From Mycolicibacterium smegmatis (lineage in GTDB: Bacteria > Actinomycetota > Actinomycetes > Mycobacteriales > Mycobacteriaceae), in NCBI RefSeq assembly GCF_001457595.1, contig NZ_LN831039.1, positions 690,001-722,000 of the forward strand: DNA of 32,000 nt, written 5' to 3'. This document shows, piece after piece, positions 26,949 through 32,000 of the stretch. How positions within the stretch are numbered: position 1 is the first letter of the stretch; each line of letters opens with the position of its first letter. The notes beneath the pieces were generated by a model. The model did not search any database, was not told the origin of the DNA, and was given only the letters and a program-made list of their open reading frames with translations. Both the position numbers and the translations under genes were made by a program.

Positions 26949-28070
26949 ATGGGTGCACGCACCGATTTTCTGTTTCTGTCCGAACCGGACTGCATCGACG
27001 CGGGCGTTCTCGACGTCAACCGCTGCGTCGACGTCTGCGAGGAGGTGTTTGGACTTCTCGCTCAGGGTGACTACCTGATGGGCGGACCCAACCACAACAG
27101 CCACGGCATGGGAGTCGTCTTTCCGACGTCCAGCCCGTTCCCGAACATGCCGCTGGCCGGCCCGGACCGGCGTTTTGTGGCCATGCCCGGCTACCTCGGA
27201 GGGCGCTTCGATGTCTGCGGCAACAAGTGGTACGGCTCCAACCACGCCAACACCGCAAAAGGACTACCACGATCGGTCCTGACCTTGATGCTCAACGACA
27301 AGGAGACCGGCGAGCCACTGTGCCTCATGTCGGCCAATCTTTTGAGCTCCGCCCGAACCGGGGCGGTGCCAGCGGTCGCAGCACGTCACCTGGCAAGCGC
27401 CACAGCGAGCTCGGTCGCAGTTCTGGGCTGTGGGCCGATCAACCGGGCCTGTCTCAAGGCGATCGCCAGTCAGCTACCAGACCTCAAGCGTGTGTACTGC
27501 TTCGACATCTTCGAGGCGGCTGCCGAGAACCTGGCCAGTTGGGCGCGGCAGGCCCTCGGTGTCGACGCCGTCGTCGAGAACGATCTGCAGACGGCAGTGG
27601 CCGACGCCGAGGTCGTCACCGTGGCCGCCTCGCGCGTGAAACCTCTCGTCATCCAGAATGACTGGCTTGCTCCCGAGGCCACCGTCCTCGTCTCCGGACC
27701 GATCTCAGCAGATGACGCCTTCTGGCTGGACAACCACATCGTGCTCGATCACGTTGCCCTGCATGAGGCTTACGTGGAAGAGGCCGTGGCATCCCCCGAC
27801 AAACAGGCCGCATACAACGGTGTCATCGGCGGTCCGCTCTACCGCTTGATCGACGACGAGAGGCTGCCGCCGCTCAAAGACTTCACCGACCTCGGCACGG
27901 TCCTTCAGGCACCTGCCGATCGTGATCACGGCGATGGCCGACGCACGGTGTTCATCGCCTGCGGCATGTCGGTGTTCGACCTCGGCTGGGGATTCGAAAC
28001 CTATAGCACGGCGCTCGCCAAAGGCATCGGGACGCCCCTGACGCTGTGGGACACACCGTTCGCTGAATGA
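26949..28070 (+). CDS. Ornithine cyclodeaminase/mu-crystallin family protein
   Basis: 373 aa: RRFVAMPGYLGGRFDVCGNKWYGSNHANTAKGLPRSVLTLMLNDKETGEPLCLMSANLLSSARTGAVPAVAARHLA, VAVLGCGPINRACLKAI. Confidence 0.85.
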   Translation: MGARTDFLFLSEPDCIDAGVLDVNRCVDVCEEVFGLLAQGDYLMGGPNHNSHGMGVVFPTSSPFPNMPLAGPDRRFVAMPGYLGGRFDVCGNKWYGSNHANTAKGLPRSVLTLMLNDKETGEPLCLMSANLLSSARTGAVPAVAARHLASATASSVAVLGCGPINRACLKAIASQLPDLKRVYCFDIFEAAAENLASWARQALGVDAVVENDLQTAVADAEVVTVAASRVKPLVIQNDWLAPEATVLVSGPISADDAFWLDNHIVLDHVALHEAYVEEAVASPDKQAAYNGVIGGPLYRLIDDERLPPLKDFTDLGTVLQAPADRDHGDGRRTVFIACGMSVFDLGWGFETYSTALAKGIGTPLTLWDTPFAE

Positions 28071-28098
28071 CCACCACTTACCCCATGGAGACACCGAA

Positions 28099-29502
28099 GT
28101 GAACAAGATCAAGAACTACGGCGATCTCATTCGGTTGGGAGACAGCGAATCACGGTCGATTGTCCTGAACATCGCCGACAAGGTTCTGACCCGATTGGAC
28201 GCCTACCACCGGATCAAGGAAATCACGCGCCTCGATGGCGACGTTCTCACCATCGGCACCCGCAGCTGGGATCTGTCGACCAAGAAGAACATCTATCTGG
28301 TCGGCGCCGGCAAGGCCTGCAACCACATGGCCATGGCAATCGATGAGATCCTCGGCGACCGTCTCACCCGCGGCATCGCGATCGTCAAGATCTCCGAGGA
28401 CAGCGACCGGTTCCAGCGCACCGAGGTTCACGTCGGGGGCCACCCGATTCCCGACGAAACCGGCCATAAAGCCGCGCTGGAGATCCTGGCGCTCGCCGAT
28501 CAGGCCGGCCCTGATGACCTGTTCATCGCCGTCATCTCCGGTGGCTCGTCAGCGCTGATGAGTTGTCCCATAGAGGGAATCACGCTGCAAGACGAGATGG
28601 ACGCCACCGACGTCCTACTCAAGAGCGGCGCAGGGATCTACGAGATCAACGCCATCCGGCGACACATCTCACAGACCAACGGCGGCCGCCTCGCCCAGCG
28701 CATCGCCCGGTCCGGTGCGGAACTGATCGGTTTCGGAATTTCCGACGCAGTGGGCAATCCGCCGTCCGGCGATATCACCAGGCCCTACGCCAACTACGCG
28801 TCCACACCGATCGGCCCGGACACGACAACGCTCGCCGATGCGCGAGCCGTCATCGACAACTATGACCTCGCGGACAGGTTGCCCCGCTCGATCGTCGACT
28901 ATCTCCAGTCTGCCGGTGAGGAAGACGAGACGCCGAAGGCATTCCCGGACAACACATATTTCCTGCTGAACACGCTTCCTGATTCCTGCCTGTACGCCAA
29001 GGAAATTGCCGAACACATGGGACTTCCGGCGATGATCGTGAGCTCCTTCCTCGAGGGCGAGAGCAGCGATGCCGGAACATTTTTCGCATCCATCGCCCGT
29101 GAGGCCCAGGCCAGTGGAAACCCGATTGCACCGCCCTGCGTCCTGATCGCAGCCGGCGAGACCACCACCCACATCCCGGACAACAGCATCATCGGTGGAC
29201 ACGGCGGGCCCGGTCATGAGCTGGTGGCCGGATTTGCCCTTGCCGCTACGAAAACGATTGGTGCTGCCATGGTCTCACTCGACTCCGAGGGCACCGACGG
29301 CACCACCACAGCGGCAGGCGGATTGTGTGACTCGACCAGCCTGGCCCGCGCCGAACAGTGCGGCGTGAATCTGCACGAAGCCCTGCGTACTCACGCCACC
29401 CACGAGGCGCTGGTTGCCATCGGGGACGCAGTTTTCACCGGTAACACCGGGACCAACCTGTGCGACCTGAACATCCTCTACATCCCCGCGCGACCGGCCT
29501 GA
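28099..29502 (+). CDS. Glycerate 2-kinase-like protein (type-2 glycerate kinase / DUF4147-MOFRL family)
   Basis: 467 aa: NIYLVGAGKACNHMAMAIDEIL, VHVGGHPIPDETG, ISGGSSALMSCPIEG, EINAIRRHISQTNGGRLA, SDAVGNPPSGDITRP, GGPGHELVAGFAL...DGTDGTTTAAGG...TGNTGTNLCDLNILY. Confidence 0.85.
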   Translation: MNKIKNYGDLIRLGDSESRSIVLNIADKVLTRLDAYHRIKEITRLDGDVLTIGTRSWDLSTKKNIYLVGAGKACNHMAMAIDEILGDRLTRGIAIVKISEDSDRFQRTEVHVGGHPIPDETGHKAALEILALADQAGPDDLFIAVISGGSSALMSCPIEGITLQDEMDATDVLLKSGAGIYEINAIRRHISQTNGGRLAQRIARSGAELIGFGISDAVGNPPSGDITRPYANYASTPIGPDTTTLADARAVIDNYDLADRLPRSIVDYLQSAGEEDETPKAFPDNTYFLLNTLPDSCLYAKEIAEHMGLPAMIVSSFLEGESSDAGTFFASIAREAQASGNPIAPPCVLIAAGETTTHIPDNSIIGGHGGPGHELVAGFALAATKTIGAAMVSLDSEGTDGTTTAAGGLCDSTSLARAEQCGVNLHEALRTHATHEALVAIGDAVFTGNTGTNLCDLNILYIPARPA

Positions 29503-29526
29503 CCCGCCCCGGATTCGAAAGACATC

Positions 29527-30804
29527 ATGAAAATCACCTCAGTGACCGCACGTCAGCTCCTCGACTGCAAGACACGACCTCTCGTTGAGGTCGAAATAGC
29601 CACGGACAGCGGCCATATCGGGCGAGGTGCCGCACCGACAGGCAGCTCCGTGGGCGCACATGAAGCGTTCATCCTGCGTGACGGAGACCCCGCCGAGTAC
29701 AACGGGCTCAGCGTCCACCGCGCCGTCGACGCGGTAAACAACGAGATCGCACCAGCATTGGTCGGCACGGAACTCGACCTCGAAGCCAACGACCGACTCA
29801 TGGTCGAACTCGACGGCACACCCAACAAGAGCCGTCTCGGCGGCAACGCCATCTACTCGACGTCCATCGCCCTGTTGCGCGCCACCGCGGCCGCCGCAGG
29901 CCTGCCCACCTACTCGTGGATCGCCAAGCACTTCGGCCCCGGGCCGGTCACCCAGGTCCCGGTGCCGAGCTTCAACATGATCAACGGCGGACGCTACGGC
30001 AGTGTCGTGCAGCCCTTCAACGAGTTCATCGTCATGCCGTACAACGCGTCCTCGATTCAGGATGCCGTCGAGAAGAGCGTGAAACTATTCGGCGTGCTCG
30101 AAGAGGTGCTCACCGAGTATCTGGGGCGCAAGCCGCAGGTGGCGTCGTCGTACGGTTTCGCAAGCCCGTCCTCGGACCCGCGGGAAGTGCTGCGGCTGCT
30201 GATGACCGCGGTGGAGCGCGCCGGTGTTGCCGACACCATGGCCTTCGCTTTGGACTGTGCGTCCAGCGAGATGTACGACGCCGCGGACGGAACCTACGAA
30301 CTCAACGGGGAACGCGTCAGCTCCGACGATGTGATCGACTACACCCGCCGGCTCAGCAACGAGTTCCCATTTGTCTTCATCGAAGATCTCCTCGACGAGG
30401 ATGACTGGACCGGATACTCCAAAGCTGTAGCGAATATCGACAAGTCGATCATTCTGGGTGACGACCTCATCGTCACCAACCGTGATCGTCTGCAGCTCGC
30501 GGTGGAATCCTCAGCGGTAGGCGGGTTCATCCTCAAACCCAACCAGGTCGGCACGATCACCGAGGCGCTGGACTGTTATCGCTACGCGGTCGATCACCAA
30601 CTCTTGGCCATTCCTTCGGGCCGCTCCGGTGGTGTCATCGACGACGTCGTCATGGATCTGTCGGTCGGTCTGTCGGTGCCGTTCCAGAAGAACGGAGCGC
30701 CACGCTCAGGCGAACGTATTGAGAAGCTCAACTTCCTTCTGCGAGTGGCTGACTCGATGCCAGAGTGCGTGCTTGCCGACGTGCCCGCGATGGTCAGGTT
30801 CTGA
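29527..30804 (+). CDS. Enolase-superfamily protein closely patterned on phosphopyruvate hydratase but with altered active-site motifs
   Basis: 425 aa: FNMINGGRYG..FNEFIVMPYNA, ALDCASSEMYDAADGTYEL, FVFIEDLLDEDDWTGY, ILGDDLIVTNRDRLQ, GGFILKPNQVGTITEAL, PSGRSGGVIDDVVMDLSVGLSVPFQKNGAPRSGERIEKLNFLLRV. Confidence 0.85.
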   Translation: MKITSVTARQLLDCKTRPLVEVEIATDSGHIGRGAAPTGSSVGAHEAFILRDGDPAEYNGLSVHRAVDAVNNEIAPALVGTELDLEANDRLMVELDGTPNKSRLGGNAIYSTSIALLRATAAAAGLPTYSWIAKHFGPGPVTQVPVPSFNMINGGRYGSVVQPFNEFIVMPYNASSIQDAVEKSVKLFGVLEEVLTEYLGRKPQVASSYGFASPSSDPREVLRLLMTAVERAGVADTMAFALDCASSEMYDAADGTYELNGERVSSDDVIDYTRRLSNEFPFVFIEDLLDEDDWTGYSKAVANIDKSIILGDDLIVTNRDRLQLAVESSAVGGFILKPNQVGTITEALDCYRYAVDHQLLAIPSGRSGGVIDDVVMDLSVGLSVPFQKNGAPRSGERIEKLNFLLRVADSMPECVLADVPAMVRF

Positions 30805-31001
30805 CCGCAACCCTCACAGAGTCCGAATCTGCAGCGTCGAAGGGACCCCAACCTGCCATCGCACCGGCCACCGAACCTTCCAAAAGAAGCCCGACCATGA
30901 CCGACCCTCAAGATGACGGTGGCCGAACGAACTGAAGGCCGTCACCACCGGGTAGGAACGCTGATGAGCCGCATCACCGCGATACGAGACGGTGCCGAAC
31001 T

Positions 31002-31634
31002 TTGACGATCATCATCGGGATACCCCGCGAATCTCTACCTGGTGAGACGCGTGTCGCCGCCACACCGCAGACGGTCGGCCAGATTATCAAGCTCGGTTAC
31101 AACGTCGTCGTCGAATCCGGCGCGGGCGCTGCGGCGAGTTTCTCCGACGGTGCGTACATCGAGGCCGGTGCCGACATCGGTTCGTCTGATCAGACCTGGG
31201 ATGCCGACATCGTCCTGAAGGTGAACGCGCCCGACGATCCCGAGATCGCCGCGCTGCGTGACGGCGCCACGCTGGTCAGCCTGATCTCGCCCGCACTCAA
31301 GCCCGATCTTGTCGACAAGCTGGCCGCGCGCCCGATCACGGTGCTCGCGATGGACGCGGTGCCGCGGATTTCGCGTGCCCAGTCGCTGGATGTGTTGTCG
31401 TCGATGGCCAACATCGCCGGCTACCGCGCGGTGGTCGAGGCCGCGCACAGCTTCGGCCGGTTCTTCACCGGTCAGGTCACCGCGGCGGGCAAGGTGCCGC
31501 CGGCCAAGGTGCTGGTGGTGGGCGCCGGGGTGGCCGGGCTGGCCGCGATCGGCGCGGCCGGCAGTCTGGGTGCGATCGTGCGGGCCACCGATCCCCGGCC
31601 CGAGGTTGCCGATCAGGTCAAATCCCCTCGGTGA
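31002..31634 (+). pseudogene. NAD(P) transhydrogenase alpha subunit (PntAA-like), 3'-truncated
   Basis: MTIIIGIPRESLPGETRVAATPQTVGQIIKLGYNVVVESGAGAAASFSDGAYIEAGA...VLVVGAGVAGLAAIGAAGSLGAIVRATDPRPEVADQVKS then loses homology and stops at 31634. Confidence 0.82.
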
Positions 31635-31736
31635 AACGCGGAGTTGTCCGCCGTCCACGCGTAAGCACCCAGCGACGACTCGCCCATACGAGTTCAGTTG
31701 GCGTTCACAAGCATTGGACGAGCGATTGGGTGCGGC

Positions 31737-32000
31737 TCACGCTGTGGAGCTGCCGTTTGTATTCGACCGGCTTGACCTGGACGCCGTGCGCGGCACCCGC
31801 GCATTGCTCGGTCCCGGCGAACCTCCGCCGCGCTGGAGGTCTTGGATATTTTTCCCCTGGACGGATCGGGCCAGCAGTTCCATCGTGTCCGCCGACGCGG
31901 AACCGGCAGCGGTCGTGACGAGGCACAGGGACTGCTCGGCGTTGCGGGCGATCTTGAGGTTCTGCTGTGTGACGGTGAACGCGCCGACCAGCGGATGGCG
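31737..32000 (-). CDS. C-terminal part of an XRE-family regulator with MmyB-like ligand-binding domain (cut by right edge)
   Basis: Manual minus-strand translation ending at TGA 31739-31737: RHPLVGAFTVTQQNLKIARNAEQSLCLVTTAAGSASADTMELLARSVQGKNIQDL... resembles the HPLVG.l.l....l......Q.LvvytA.pGS.s...L.lL signature. Confidence 0.6.
   Translation of the reverse strand, partial: RHPLVGAFTVTQQNLKIARNAEQSLCLVTTAAGSASADTMELLARSVQGKNIQDLQRGGGSPGPSNARVPRTASRSSRSNTNGSSTA

Noticed and set aside
1-32000. CRISPR arrays, tRNA and rRNA genes
   Set aside because: No regularly spaced direct repeats, and no tRNA or rRNA signature noticed; a tool-based scan could confirm.

Overview
This is a GC-rich actinobacterial window. 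The S-(hydroxymethyl)mycothiol dehydrogenase-type gene and the WhiB-like gene fit a mycothiol-making host such as Mycobacterium or Rhodococcus; genus is not proven. It is dominated by accessory catabolic modules. From left to right: (1) a PucR-type regulator (cut by the left edge) divergent from a N,N-dimethylformamidase large-subunit-like gene, followed by a succinate-semialdehyde-type aldehyde dehydrogenase, a Rieske oxygenase, an SDR and a ferredoxin-reductase-type electron donor; (2) a WhiB-like gene, an orphan pdxS and a Baeyer-Villiger-like flavin monooxygenase; (3) a frameshifted IS256-family element; (4) an APC permease, a second dimethylformamidase-like paralog, a translationally coupled pair of SMR exporters, and an opposing MFS transporter; (5) two small cupins, an FprA-like NADPH oxidoreductase, a flavodoxin, mycothiol-dependent formaldehyde dehydrogenase, an MBL hydrolase and a convergent cytochrome P450, which looks like an oxidative demethylation module; (6) a LysR regulator divergent from an ornithine-cyclodeaminase-like gene, a glycerate 2-kinase-like gene and a strongly divergent enolase-like gene; (7) a truncated transhydrogenase alpha gene and the 3' end of an XRE/MmyB-like regulator. 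The points most worth following up are the enolase-like protein missing several canonical catalytic residues, the P450/flavodoxin/FNR/formaldehyde-oxidation set whose P450 has a non-canonical I-helix motif, and the pairing of dimethylformamidase-like genes (no small-subunit gene visible) with a NepAB-like SMR pair. All calls come from reading the sequence and supplied translations; no database search was run.
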